Assembly (NCBI GenBank): GCA_009784815.1
Contig: WQXN01000001.1
Location: 1,857 to 65,856 of the forward strand
Direction of reading: 5' to 3'
Source: Alphaproteobacteria bacterium
GTDB taxonomy: Bacteria > Pseudomonadota > Alphaproteobacteria > Rs-D84
Length of the DNA: 64,000 bases
Shown here: in pieces, positions 36,618 through 46,482 of the stretch
Position numbering within the stretch: position 1 is the stretch's first letter
Layout of the letters: each line of letters opens with the position of its first letter
Program-made: the position numbers and the translations under genes
The notes under the pieces: generated by a model
The model's database searches: none
Told to the model about the DNA's origin: nothing
What the model saw: only the letters and a program-made list of their open reading frames with translations

Positions 36618-37309
36618 TGAGTTTCCTGCTTGATTCCATGTACTTCGGCTTGGTTCTTACTTTGCTGATTTATGTAGCGGCGGTTTTTGTGAACAAAAAA
36701 TGGAACTATGCGGTGACTACTCCGCTGCTGCTTACTTGTGCCGGAGTCATAGGTTTTCTTGTCTTGTTCGGCATTCCTTACGACGCTTACGAGGTTTCGG
36801 CCAGGTACCTTGTATACTTCCTTGTTCCGGCCACGGTCTGTTTCGCGATACCTATGTACCGTCAGATTAAATTCTTGGGTAAATACAAATGGGTAGTTTT
36901 GGTTTCAGTCTTCGTGGGCTGCGCGGTTTCCGTCCTGTCTGTCGTGACTTTATGCTGGGCTTTCGGGCTTATTCCGGTTATCGCGCGGAGTCTGGCTTCG
37001 GTTTCGGTCACTACCGCCATCGCCGTGGGAATCACCAAGGAACTTGGCGGAATCATAGGCCTTACCGTTTTCGCCGTGATCATCACGGGGATTTTGGGCA
37101 ATGCCATCGGTCGTCAGGCTTGCGCTATCCTTGGTCTTAAGACCGCGGCGGCCAAGGGGCTTGCTATTGGAAACTCGTCCCACGCGATGGGTACGGTCAA
37201 AGCCCTTGAAATGGGCGAGGCCGAGGGCGCTTTCGCAAGCATTGCGATCGTCATATCCGGCATTATGACGGCCGCTCTTGCGCCGTTGATTTTATATCTA
37301 TTTAGTTGA
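36614..37309 (+). CDS. lrgB: CidB/LrgB-family membrane protein
   Basis: 231-aa polytopic ORF overlapping lrgA, with SVTTAIA and GNSSHAMGT motifs of LrgB. Confidence 0.78.
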   Translation: MMSFLLDSMYFGLVLTLLIYVAAVFVNKKWNYAVTTPLLLTCAGVIGFLVLFGIPYDAYEVSARYLVYFLVPATVCFAIPMYRQIKFLGKYKWVVLVSVFVGCAVSVLSVVTLCWAFGLIPVIARSLASVSVTTAIAVGITKELGGIIGLTVFAVIITGILGNAIGRQACAILGLKTAAAKGLAIGNSSHAMGTVKALEMGEAEGAFASIAIVISGIMTAALAPLILYLFS

Positions 37310-37363
37310 ACTTTTTTCGAAAGAAGAATATAATGCGACCGTTATCAAACAAGGGTGGCTTAA

Positions 37364-39694
37364 ATGGACTTCAAGACGATAGAAAAAAAATGGCAGGACA
37401 GATGGCGTGCAGAGAAATGCTTCACTCCGCTTAACGACGGTTCGAAGAAAAAATTCTTCAATCTGATCGAGTTTCCGTTCCCAAGCGGTGACAACCTGCA
37501 CATGGGGCACATGGTGCCTTTCGTAAGCATGGATGTTATGGCGCGCTATTGGCGCATGAAGGGCAGGGACGTTCTGTACCCGCTTGGTTTCGACGCGCTT
37601 GGGATCGCTTCCGAAAGATATGCAACCAAGCTGGGCGTTCACCCGTCCGAGTCCGTCAAAGTGGCGATAGGTAATTTTATCCGTGATGCGGACATGATAG
37701 GATGGTCTTATGATCCCGAATGCGTCATATCGACTTCGGATCCGGAATACATCAAATGGACCCAGTGGCAGTTTATTCAATTCTTTAAAATGGGGCTTGC
37801 CTATAAGTCCGAGCTTCCGATGAACTGGTGCCCGGCCTGCCGTACGAACTTCACAAACGAAGAGTTGGAGGACGGCAACTGCGAGCGATGCAAGGGGCCT
37901 ATAGAAAAGAAGATGAAGCTGCAATGGAACCTTGCTATTACCAAATACGCCGACCGCCTGGTCGACGATTTGGAGCTGGTGGATTATCCAGAGCGCGTTA
38001 AGACGGCCCAAAGAAACTGGGTCGGCCGTTCATTCGGGGCCGAAGTGGATTTCGGCGCGTTCGCCGTTTACACTACACGCATAGATACGCTGTTCGGATC
38101 GACCTTCTGCGTTATAGCTCCCGAGCATGAAATACTGGCCGCATGGCTAAGCGAAGGCCGAATAGAAAATGCGGACGAGGTCAGGGCGTATATAACGGCT
38201 TCGCGCGCCAAAACCGAGATCGAGCGCACGGATGCCACGCGCGAAAAAACGGGCGTGCTTTTAAAGGGTATAACCGCGACCAATCCTTTCAATGGCGAAA
38301 AACTTCCGGTATTTGTAGCCGATTATGTGCTTGCCAACTATGCCACAGGCACGGTGGTAGGTGTTCCAAGCGAGGACGAGCGCGATTTGGCCTTTGCCCA
38401 AAAATACGGTCTGCCAGTGATCGAAGTAATAGACGGGGACGGACGCGCCGTAAACTCGGGCTTTTTGAACGGCATGACCAAGGACGATGCGATAGCCGAG
38501 GCTATCAAATTCGGTATCGCCGAGGGTTTTGCCAAAGCTGCCAAGAAATACAAGATGACCGATTGGGGCTTTTCCCGTCAGATGTACTGGGGCGAGCCGA
38601 TACCCCTGGTCCACTGCGGCAAGTGCGGCTGGCAGCCGGTCCCTGATTCCGAGCTTCCGGTCATGCAGCCTTTCATGACCGATTTTCATCCTACCCCCGA
38701 GGGAGAGTCGGCATTAGCGCGAGCGGCCGACTGGGTGAAGGCCAAATGTCCGGTATGCGACGGAGAGGCGCGCCGCGAAACCGACACTATGCCGGGCTGG
38801 GCCGGTTCAAGCTGGTACTTTATGCGCTATCTTGATCCGCATAACGATCAGGAGTTCTGCAAACGCGAGCGGCTTGAGAAATGGATGCCGGTAGACCACT
38901 ACAACGGTCCCATGGAGCATGTGACGCGCCACATGATCTATTCGCGGTTCTGGTACAAGGCTTTGTTCGATTTGGGGCTTGTAACCGGTCCCGAGCCTTA
39001 TGCGAAACGCACTATAAACGGTCTTTTGATGGCGCCCGATGGCCGCAAGATGTCCAAATCTTTGGGCAATCTTGTTAAAAGTTACGACGTAGTGGGGCGG
39101 GCCGGGGCTGACGCCGCGCGTCTGACGACTCTGTTCCTGTCTCCGTTCGAGCAGAACAGAAACTGGTCTGACGATACTTTGCGCGGATGCGAAAGGTTTC
39201 TTTCTCGAGTTGCGGCTTTGTTTGATAAAGTCGGAGGCGAAATGGATTCCGAGCAAGAGCGCCTGATGAATCAGCTTGCGAAAGATATGGGCGAGCGGAT
39301 CGAGAATATGCAGTTCAACACCGCTATCGCCGCTATGATGGAATATATCAATAACTTCTCGACCGGGATACCGAGACTCTGTTATGAAATGTTGATTATG
39401 TGCCTTAATCCGTTTGCTCCGCATTTGGCCGAAGAGCTGTGGGAAAAACTGGGCAACAAGGATATGTTGGTCTTTCATTCATTCCCGGTTGCGGACGAAA
39501 CAAAGCTGGCTAAAAAAAGCATGACTATCGTGGTTAGCGTGAACGGAAAACGCCGCGCCGAGATTGTCGTGCCCCTGGGTGCGGCAGAAAATGATGTGGT
39601 AAGCGCCGCGAAAAACGCCGGCGATAAATTCATCACCGGCGAGGTTTCGCGCGTGATCTATGTTCCGAACAAAATGGTGAACTTCGTACTATGA
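37364..39694 (+). CDS. leuS: leucine--tRNA ligase
   Basis: 776-aa ORF with HMGH (HIGH) and KMSKS motifs and a CP1 editing domain. Confidence 0.92.
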   Translation: MDFKTIEKKWQDRWRAEKCFTPLNDGSKKKFFNLIEFPFPSGDNLHMGHMVPFVSMDVMARYWRMKGRDVLYPLGFDALGIASERYATKLGVHPSESVKVAIGNFIRDADMIGWSYDPECVISTSDPEYIKWTQWQFIQFFKMGLAYKSELPMNWCPACRTNFTNEELEDGNCERCKGPIEKKMKLQWNLAITKYADRLVDDLELVDYPERVKTAQRNWVGRSFGAEVDFGAFAVYTTRIDTLFGSTFCVIAPEHEILAAWLSEGRIENADEVRAYITASRAKTEIERTDATREKTGVLLKGITATNPFNGEKLPVFVADYVLANYATGTVVGVPSEDERDLAFAQKYGLPVIEVIDGDGRAVNSGFLNGMTKDDAIAEAIKFGIAEGFAKAAKKYKMTDWGFSRQMYWGEPIPLVHCGKCGWQPVPDSELPVMQPFMTDFHPTPEGESALARAADWVKAKCPVCDGEARRETDTMPGWAGSSWYFMRYLDPHNDQEFCKRERLEKWMPVDHYNGPMEHVTRHMIYSRFWYKALFDLGLVTGPEPYAKRTINGLLMAPDGRKMSKSLGNLVKSYDVVGRAGADAARLTTLFLSPFEQNRNWSDDTLRGCERFLSRVAALFDKVGGEMDSEQERLMNQLAKDMGERIENMQFNTAIAAMMEYINNFSTGIPRLCYEMLIMCLNPFAPHLAEELWEKLGNKDMLVFHSFPVADETKLAKKSMTIVVSVNGKRRAEIVVPLGAAENDVVSAAKNAGDKFITGEVSRVIYVPNKMVNFVL

Positions 39695-40182
39695 GAAAAC
39701 TTATCCTTATATTGGCCGCTTTTATTTCCGGTTGCGGATGGACTCCGATGTATTCGACTTCGGACTCGAAGCAGCAGCTGGAATATTCGGTTCATATAGC
39801 GCCGATCCCGGGCACCGACGGAGTGGATCTTAGAAACCGCCTGCGCGCCGAGCTGAACCCCTTCGGCGAGCCCGCGGATCCGGCCTATAAGTTGGAAGTG
39901 AAACTTTCCAAAAGCGACATATTAAAGGGCATTCAGCGCACGGGCGACGCCACCTGGCAGGAGATCAGGATCACCGCGTCATGGCGCCTTATAGATTCGG
40001 CGAACAATCGCGCGGTCCTAAGCGGGTCGGACACAGTGTCCGAATCATTTACTTTCGTTCAGAATCTGGTGGCCGCGGATTCCGCCGCGAGCACTGCCAT
40101 GCAGTCCGCGATACGCATCCTGTCCGGCAAGATTTCGACCCGTGTTAAGGTCTTCGCTATGAAAGACGGATCCGGTTCATGA
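39691..40182 (+). CDS. lptE: LPS-assembly lipoprotein LptE
   Basis: 163-aa ORF with signal MRKLILILAAFISGC. Conserved leuS-lptE-holA order. Confidence 0.75.
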   Translation: MRKLILILAAFISGCGWTPMYSTSDSKQQLEYSVHIAPIPGTDGVDLRNRLRAELNPFGEPADPAYKLEVKLSKSDILKGIQRTGDATWQEIRITASWRLIDSANNRAVLSGSDTVSESFTFVQNLVAADSAASTAMQSAIRILSGKISTRVKVFAMKDGSGS

Positions 40183-41180
40183 AGTGGAAAAATCCTGATT
40201 TTGAACTGGCTCTAAACCGAAGGTTCGTCGGCATGAAGGGCATTCTTCTTGCCGGACAGGATAGCGGCCAAATCACCGAAAATGCCGGGAAAATAATAGC
40301 CGCATTAGGCGTTGAAAAAGACTGCGTCATCCGCTGCACCCTGCCCGAGCTTAAATCGGATTCCGATCGCATATTCGCCGAAGCGACGTCAAAGTCTTTG
40401 TTCGGCGGCAGGCGGATTTTGGTGGTAAGCGATCTCTCGGCTACCAAGGGCGATGCCAATCTTGTAAGCGACCTTTGCGGCAATCAGTCGTTGGATGCTT
40501 TTGTGATCCTGCTGGGCGCGGATCTTAAAAAAGACGCCGAGATAAGGAAAATTTTCGATGCGTCAAATTCGGAATTCGCAAGCCTAGAGCATTATCTTGA
40601 CACCGAGCGGGATCTGCCGAACATCATTCGCAACGCCTTATCCAAGCACGGCGTGATAGACGTATCCCGCGATGCCATGGTTTATATGTCGCGTTCCCTT
40701 GGCAGCGACCGCGGCATGACTTTGCGCGCTTTGGACAAGCTTGCCATGTATGTGCGGCCAAGCGCGAAGGTGACTTTGGAGGATGCCCAAAACTGCATCG
40801 GGGATTCGGGGGCAAGCGCGATAGATCAGCTGCTTTACTCGACTACCGCGGGCAGAAGCGCCGATGTTTGCACCGCGCTTGACAGGCTTGTCGAAGACAA
40901 AAATCCCGCCGCCAAGATAATACGCGCCCTTAGCCGTCACTTGAAGGTTCTGCTTGCCGCGAAATCCGCAAGCAACCCGCCGGTGGCGTTTTGGAAATAC
41001 CGCGACCTTATGAACGAGGCCTGGAGCCTTTGGAACGTCGACCGGCTTGGTCAGGTTTTGGCGAGGCTTCCCGAAGTTGAAAAACAGACAAGGATTTCGA
41101 AATCCCCGGAAGCCGCCGTATCGAAATTCTGCATCGATATATCGGACTATATTTCAAAATTCAAAAGGAGGGCCGCGTGA
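40179..41180 (+). CDS. holA: DNA polymerase III subunit delta
   Basis: 333-aa ORF in the conserved position after lptE, with a clamp-loader delta-like three-domain length. Sequence is weakly diagnostic. Confidence 0.7.
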   Translation: MKWKNPDFELALNRRFVGMKGILLAGQDSGQITENAGKIIAALGVEKDCVIRCTLPELKSDSDRIFAEATSKSLFGGRRILVVSDLSATKGDANLVSDLCGNQSLDAFVILLGADLKKDAEIRKIFDASNSEFASLEHYLDTERDLPNIIRNALSKHGVIDVSRDAMVYMSRSLGSDRGMTLRALDKLAMYVRPSAKVTLEDAQNCIGDSGASAIDQLLYSTTAGRSADVCTALDRLVEDKNPAAKIIRALSRHLKVLLAAKSASNPPVAFWKYRDLMNEAWSLWNVDRLGQVLARLPEVEKQTRISKSPEAAVSKFCIDISDYISKFKRRAA

Positions 41181-41956
41181 CTAACTCGGTCTATACTCCC
41201 AAGGATTTCAAGCGCCTGCGTTTCGCGGGGGATATAGTTTCGCGCGCGCTGGATCATATCGGGCAATTCGTGAAACCCGGAATTTCCACCGCCGAACTGG
41301 ACGCGATAGTCGCGGCGTTTTTGAAGGCCAATGGCGCCGAATCAAGCTGTCTTGGATACAGAGGCTACCCCAAATCATGCTGCACTTCCGTCAATGACGT
41401 GATAGTTCACGGTATTCCGCGCGGGGACGAAATCTTAAAAACCGGCGATATAATAAACATAGACCTGACCGCCGAAGCCAAGGGGTTCCATGCTGATTCT
41501 TCCCGCATGTTTTATGTGGGCGCGGTTTCGGATCATGCCGCGCGATTGTGCGAAACGGCCAAAGACTGCATGAATTCGGCTATTTCAATTTGCGGTCCGG
41601 GAGTGCCTTTGTCCGAGATCGGCCGCGTCATAGAAAGCATGGCCGCCGCAAAGGGATATTCCGTATCAAAGGATTTCGTCGGGCACGGCATAGGAAAAGT
41701 GATGCATGACGATCCGCAGATATACCATTTTTACGACCGCAGACTGGATTCGGTTATTATGGTTCCGGGAATGGTCTTTACTATCGAACCCATGCTGTGC
41801 GAATGTTCGTCGGCGTCCGTTATAGATTCTGACGGATGGACCGCCCGCACCAAGGACGGAAGGCTTTCCGCGCAGTGGGAGCATACCATCGGCATAACCG
41901 AGGAGGGCTGCGAGATATTCACGGTCACCAAGGAGAGGGGAGATGACGGAACATAA
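41177..41956 (+). CDS. map: type I methionine aminopeptidase
   Basis: 259-aa ORF with metal ligands in the D..NID, HGIG, FTIEP and EHT contexts. Confidence 0.9.
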   Translation: MTNSVYTPKDFKRLRFAGDIVSRALDHIGQFVKPGISTAELDAIVAAFLKANGAESSCLGYRGYPKSCCTSVNDVIVHGIPRGDEILKTGDIINIDLTAEAKGFHADSSRMFYVGAVSDHAARLCETAKDCMNSAISICGPGVPLSEIGRVIESMAAAKGYSVSKDFVGHGIGKVMHDDPQIYHFYDRRLDSVIMVPGMVFTIEPMLCECSSASVIDSDGWTARTKDGRLSAQWEHTIGITEEGCEIFTVTKERGDDGT

Positions 41957-42623
41957 TGATGGGCATCGCGACCGGCTAAGGGCGAGATTCATCGAAAATC
42001 CGAATTCGACGCCCGATTATGAAAAGATCGAAGTCCTGCTTTACGGAGTGTTGCCGCGTTTGGATGTCAAGCCTGCGGCCAAAAGATTAATCGATAAATT
42101 CGGAACTTTTATGGGCGTGCTGGATGCGGACCCGGACGAGTTGTTGAAAATCAAGGGAGTCGGAAACGCCGTGATCGCCCAGATAAAACTTTTCAATATA
42201 GCAAGGCGTTTGGGCTATGTTAATAAAATGAATATGACTCCGTCCTATGATAACAAGGACAATATCAATAATTTTCTGCTGCAGAGGTTGAATGGGGAAA
42301 AACGCGAGGTCTTTGTGGTGATTTATTTGGACAGCTTTTGGAAAAGGATTAGCGACGAGGAGCATTCGAAGGGCAATGCCAAAGAATGCTCGGTCTATAA
42401 TAATCTTATACTGGCTGAAGCTTTGAAGCTTGGCTCTTCCAATGTGATAATAGCCCATAACCACCCGCATGGCATGCTGCAGTTTTCAGAGACCGATAAG
42501 GATGAAACCATAAAATTGCAGAGCGTGCTTAACAAGAATAACATACGGCTGTACGACCATCTTCTTGTAGGCCAGGGCGTGGTCCTGTCTATGAAGGAAT
42601 CCGGTCTGCTGGTTTTCAAATAA
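41943..42623 (+). CDS. radC: RadC-family JAB-domain protein
   Basis: 226-aa ORF with N-terminal GHRDRLRARF, an HhH region and the JAMM motif IIAHNHPHG. Confidence 0.85.
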   Translation: MTEHNDGHRDRLRARFIENPNSTPDYEKIEVLLYGVLPRLDVKPAAKRLIDKFGTFMGVLDADPDELLKIKGVGNAVIAQIKLFNIARRLGYVNKMNMTPSYDNKDNINNFLLQRLNGEKREVFVVIYLDSFWKRISDEEHSKGNAKECSVYNNLILAEALKLGSSNVIIAHNHPHGMLQFSETDKDETIKLQSVLNKNNIRLYDHLLVGQGVVLSMKESGLLVFK

Positions 42624-42626
42624 TTG

Positions 42627-45056
42627 TCATACGCGGTAAAGGTGATCCATGTAATGGTGCTTGGCCTCGCCGAATGGAACAAAGGGATATTCTGCCCCGT
42701 CAACGCTTAGCCTTTTGAACAATTCCCGGCATTTTTCTATGACTTTTATGATTATGGCCGGGTCTTCGTATTCGAAAACACGGTTCTTTTTAAGGTCTAT
42801 AAACTGCATCTTTTTGGCTTTGAATATATAGGCGGCAATAGGCAGTTGGGGCTGCATCCCGTCGTTCATCGCATTGCTTCCCGGCGCCCCGCCGGTTTTT
42901 ACATCAATGACTATGTCGTTCCAAACGCGGTCGGCCCGGGTTTTTACGGTTCGTCCTTCTATCGAAGATTGTCCTGTTATTTCGGATTTGGCTCCGGGTG
43001 TGGCGGCCAGCATTTCTAAAATTATATCGCGGGATGCTGCAAATCGTTTTGACCAGAAATAAAACTCGGCCGATCCTTTGGGGACAAATGCTGCTGCCCG
43101 CTCAATGAAACTGTCCGGGGCCTCGTCCTCGATAACGGAATGCACTAGGTTGCCATAGTCGCGGGCGTCCGCGTGATCGCGTATATGGGATTCGGGGCGC
43201 AGGCCAAGTATATGTTTTGCGTAAAATTCAAACGGATTGTGGAACAGGGTGTCTATATGCGTTGCATAAACGGGGTCGCTTATCGCCGCCGGCCGCGGCG
43301 CACAGATTTGCATCGGGATAAATTCGGGTATGACCGGCTTATAGTTTTCAGCGGGGATGTCCGCCTTGACTTCGACCCGGGACAGGAACCGGGATTTTGT
43401 TGCGGGTGCCGATCCTATGGTCTTTGATCTTGTCCAAAAGACTTGCCCGCAGCAGGACAGGTTTATAAAGTCCAGTGCCATAAGCCCCGTCTTGCGGTCG
43501 CTTGAAGGCAGCCCTGCCGCCTTGGACAAATTGTTGCCAAGCCAGGGAAGCGCGAAACCTTTTTTTGGAAACATGCCTTCGTTCAAGCCGCAGATCACCA
43601 CCACGTCCGCCGGTATCATTCGCGCTTCGATTGTGCCCAGAACGGAAATTTTGGAATTCGGGCGAACATTGGTCCGAATCTTTTCGCCTTTCAGTATATG
43701 TTCGAACGCCGCTTTAAAATCGGCCAGTGTTTCGCCCTCGGCTTTTTCCAAAGCATTCCATACCGGAAGGTTGTGGGTCGAAAATAGATCCGGGTGAATG
43801 TCTGTTATATATTCGGCTGCCCGGATCAGATGATCCTTAAAATCGGACTTGGGGGTTTGGAACAGTTCATAAAGCGCTTTGTCCAGTTTGTAAAAACTAT
43901 TCGGTTGGCCGGGCTTGTCGCGCATATTGTCTTTTATGAATTTATCCAGTTCGGGATAATTCCTGGCCAGTTTATGCTTTAGTATTCCAACCGTATTAAC
44001 CACCCTGTCCGAAGCATTGGTCCATATTTCCATAATCATTATAAGCAGTCGCGCCAGGGGAAGCGAGAATGCCGGCTGCCCGATCGAAAGATCGGCCTGA
44101 AGTCCCATCTTGTTCAAATTATGCACAAGCCGGCTGCACGCGCCTACGTCCGTGGATACCGCAATTACGGATTTTCCTATCTTGTGCGCCTCTATTACTA
44201 TATTTGCGGCGACTGCCATTTCGTCCGCTTCGCGATCGCATTCGATTAGCCTAGGCATGGTGTGCATTGCCGCGGTAAGCTTGGGCTCAAACGCGGAATT
44301 CAGGCAGTCTATATTGGATTTTCCGGTATCGATAATGCCGATTTGATCGTGTTTTATACCGATATTTTCTAACAGCTTGGATATGGCCCAATAAGGATGT
44401 CCTTCGGATAGATTCCCCGGCATTTTGATGATTTTTCCCGGCAGTATCACTATGCCGTCCAACCGTTTCGCTATGCTGGTTATCAGGTCCCGGGTCGCCG
44501 GAATGCTGCCGGTCGAGCCGCAGGCGAAGACCCGGTCGAAATTGCCCTTGTCCAAAGCCGGAATCCAGCTACGGATATTTTGGATGCGTTTTCTGGCCTC
44601 GGTGAATTCGTCTTCTTTCATAAGCGAAAGAAGCCTCGCTTTTTCGTAAAAATGCCCCGCGAAATTTTCCGGTATAAGATTTTGCCATAGGGGGAGCGGG
44701 ACTTCCTCGGTCGCCAAATAGTCCGCCGTTTGGACAAGCTGCGCGGCGACGTTTAGGGCGTTCGAAAAACCGTACCCGAAATCGGATTTTATTTTTTTTG
44801 CAAGCTTTAAGACGCGGTCCAGTTTTGGAATAGGGTCTTCGTCCGTGTCAATTGTCCCTTCGCCAAGCGCGACAAATTTCGGAAGCAGGACCGCGCCGCC
44901 TGTTTTTAATACCAGCATTTTTGTGAATTCGGATATACTGCGGACCGAAGGCATGAAGATTATATCGCGGGAGTAGTCGTTAGAACCAGGCCGATGAATC
45001 TTTTGCAGCAGGCCCTCTAAAATCTTGATCGGGTTCGAGCAGCACAAGACGTTCAT
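42627..45056 (-). CDS. AddB-like PD-(D/E)XK nuclease family protein
   Basis: 809 aa from the ATG in an ATGA overlap with engB (the track extension to 45365 overlaps engB). C-terminal RADRVW..IVIDVKTGGAP...QPQLPIAAY matches the AddB/RecB-type nuclease motif. No addA is adjacent. Confidence 0.6.
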   Translation of the reverse strand: MNVLCCSNPIKILEGLLQKIHRPGSNDYSRDIIFMPSVRSISEFTKMLVLKTGGAVLLPKFVALGEGTIDTDEDPIPKLDRVLKLAKKIKSDFGYGFSNALNVAAQLVQTADYLATEEVPLPLWQNLIPENFAGHFYEKARLLSLMKEDEFTEARKRIQNIRSWIPALDKGNFDRVFACGSTGSIPATRDLITSIAKRLDGIVILPGKIIKMPGNLSEGHPYWAISKLLENIGIKHDQIGIIDTGKSNIDCLNSAFEPKLTAAMHTMPRLIECDREADEMAVAANIVIEAHKIGKSVIAVSTDVGACSRLVHNLNKMGLQADLSIGQPAFSLPLARLLIMIMEIWTNASDRVVNTVGILKHKLARNYPELDKFIKDNMRDKPGQPNSFYKLDKALYELFQTPKSDFKDHLIRAAEYITDIHPDLFSTHNLPVWNALEKAEGETLADFKAAFEHILKGEKIRTNVRPNSKISVLGTIEARMIPADVVVICGLNEGMFPKKGFALPWLGNNLSKAAGLPSSDRKTGLMALDFINLSCCGQVFWTRSKTIGSAPATKSRFLSRVEVKADIPAENYKPVIPEFIPMQICAPRPAAISDPVYATHIDTLFHNPFEFYAKHILGLRPESHIRDHADARDYGNLVHSVIEDEAPDSFIERAAAFVPKGSAEFYFWSKRFAASRDIILEMLAATPGAKSEITGQSSIEGRTVKTRADRVWNDIVIDVKTGGAPGSNAMNDGMQPQLPIAAYIFKAKKMQFIDLKKNRVFEYEDPAIIIKVIEKCRELFKRLSVDGAEYPFVPFGEAKHHYMDHLYRV

Positions 45057-45625
45057 TTTAAGATTCCCATCGCGGCCAGCACTTCGCCTCTTCCGATTTT
45101 TTTCGATGATGATGTGGCGATTACTTCGGGGATGGCCGCGGGACGTTTGATTATTTCTTCCCGGATTGCGTCGATCGTTGCGGCCAGTTCCGCTTTCCCG
45201 ATCTTGTCCGTTTTGGTTACTATTATCTGGTACGCGGTGCCGGATCTGTCGAACGCGGTCATGGCGTCCAGATCGATCGGCATAAAGCCGCGTCGGGAAT
45301 CTATCAAAAGCAGGGCCTTTTGGATGGGGCGAAGCGACAAGTAGCTGTTCAAAATTCTGTCCCAATCCCTTACTTCGGTCTTAGACGCCTGCGCGAAACC
45401 GTAGCCGGGAAGGTCGGTCAGCATAACATTGCCGAATTCGAACATATTGATCGCGCGCGTCCGTCCGGGGGTGTTCGATACTTTTGCGGTTTTGGAAAAT
45501 CCCGTGACAAGATTGATCAAAGACGATTTCCCCACGTTCGATCTTCCAACCAATGCGAATTCCGGCAGCGTCGTTTTGGGAAGCTGCGACGGGCAGGTGA
45601 ACGAGCCTAGAAATTTAGGAATCAT
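45053..45625 (-). CDS. engB: ribosome biogenesis GTPase EngB/YsxC
   Basis: 190-aa ORF with G1 GRSNVGKSSLIN, G3 DLPGYG and G4 TKTDK. Confidence 0.9.
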   Translation of the reverse strand: MIPKFLGSFTCPSQLPKTTLPEFALVGRSNVGKSSLINLVTGFSKTAKVSNTPGRTRAINMFEFGNVMLTDLPGYGFAQASKTEVRDWDRILNSYLSLRPIQKALLLIDSRRGFMPIDLDAMTAFDRSGTAYQIIVTKTDKIGKAELAATIDAIREEIIKRPAAIPEVIATSSSKKIGRGEVLAAMGILK

Positions 45626-46434
45626 TTTTTCGCCTCCAGCGCTTTTGCGTAAGCCTCGGACTTGGGAATTCCCCCGCGGCTTGCGATTTCTATCGCGGCT
45701 TCCTTCGTGGATCTGGCCGATTTGACCACGTCTTCCACTATTTCCCTAATATCTCCGTCGGAAAGGGTTGGCCGCGCCGCGGGCTCTATCAGCAGCACTA
45801 TTTCGCCGCGTTCCTCGAATTTGGGAAAGTCTGCCGGATAGCCCGTGATCACTTCATCGAATATTTTCGTCAGCTCGCGCGCGACTGCGATTCTTCGTTC
45901 GGGCATTATGCGGGCCAGTGCCGCCAAGGTGTCCCGTATCCTGTTTGGACTTTCGTAATATATAAGTGTGCCGGGATGGCGAGAGGCTTGCGTCAGCTCT
46001 TTGTTGCGCCCTCCCTCGGTCGATGGCATAAATCCTAAAAATGAAAATCTATCGGTCGGAAATCCCGAAATGGAGAGAGCCGTCGCGAAAGCCGTCGGGC
46101 CAGGCACCGCGAATATCGAAATTCCGGCCGCGCGCGCCGCGCGGACAATGTTGAACCCAGGGTCGGATATTCCGGGCATGCCGCTGTCGGAAATGACAGC
46201 GATCGATTTCCCGGCCTGAATTTCCTTTATCAGATTATCCGCCGTTTCTCTCTCGTTATGCTCGTGCAGCGGGATGCGTTTCGTTTTTATATCGAATTTG
46301 GCGGCCAGGATTCCTGACACGCGGGTATCCTCGCACGCTATTAAATCCGCGTTTTTAAGCGTGTCGATTCCCCGGGGCGACATATCGCCAAGATTCCCGA
46401 TCGGAGTTCCGACTATATATAGTCCTGCTTGCAT
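45622..46434 (-). CDS. rsmI: 16S rRNA (cytidine1402-2'-O)-methyltransferase
   Basis: 270 aa from MQAGLYIVGTPIGNLGDMSPRGIDTL..ADLIACEDTR (the track extension to 47157 is antisense to the neighbouring gene). Tetrapyrrole-methylase fold motifs. Confidence 0.88.
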   Translation of the reverse strand: MQAGLYIVGTPIGNLGDMSPRGIDTLKNADLIACEDTRVSGILAAKFDIKTKRIPLHEHNERETADNLIKEIQAGKSIAVISDSGMPGISDPGFNIVRAARAAGISIFAVPGPTAFATALSISGFPTDRFSFLGFMPSTEGGRNKELTQASRHPGTLIYYESPNRIRDTLAALARIMPERRIAVARELTKIFDEVITGYPADFPKFEERGEIVLLIEPAARPTLSDGDIREIVEDVVKSARSTKEAAIEIASRGGIPKSEAYAKALEAKK

Positions 46435-46482
46435 TTTTTTATCCTTTGGTTTAATCTTAGAAAAAATCCGGGGGAATATCAA

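Noticed and set aside
45057-45365. N-terminal extensions of track ORFs: 42627-45365, 45622-47157, 27524-28024, 29546, 55681, 56444, 21683, 50329 and 57098-58399.
   Set aside because: The extensions overlap the neighbouring conserved gene in another frame. Internal ATGs give canonical N-termini (for example MAAFEKFIAFRYL for LolC, MQAGLYIVGTPIGN for RsmI, lipoprotein signals). They often form ATGA or TAATG coupling with the upstream stop, so the starts were moved.
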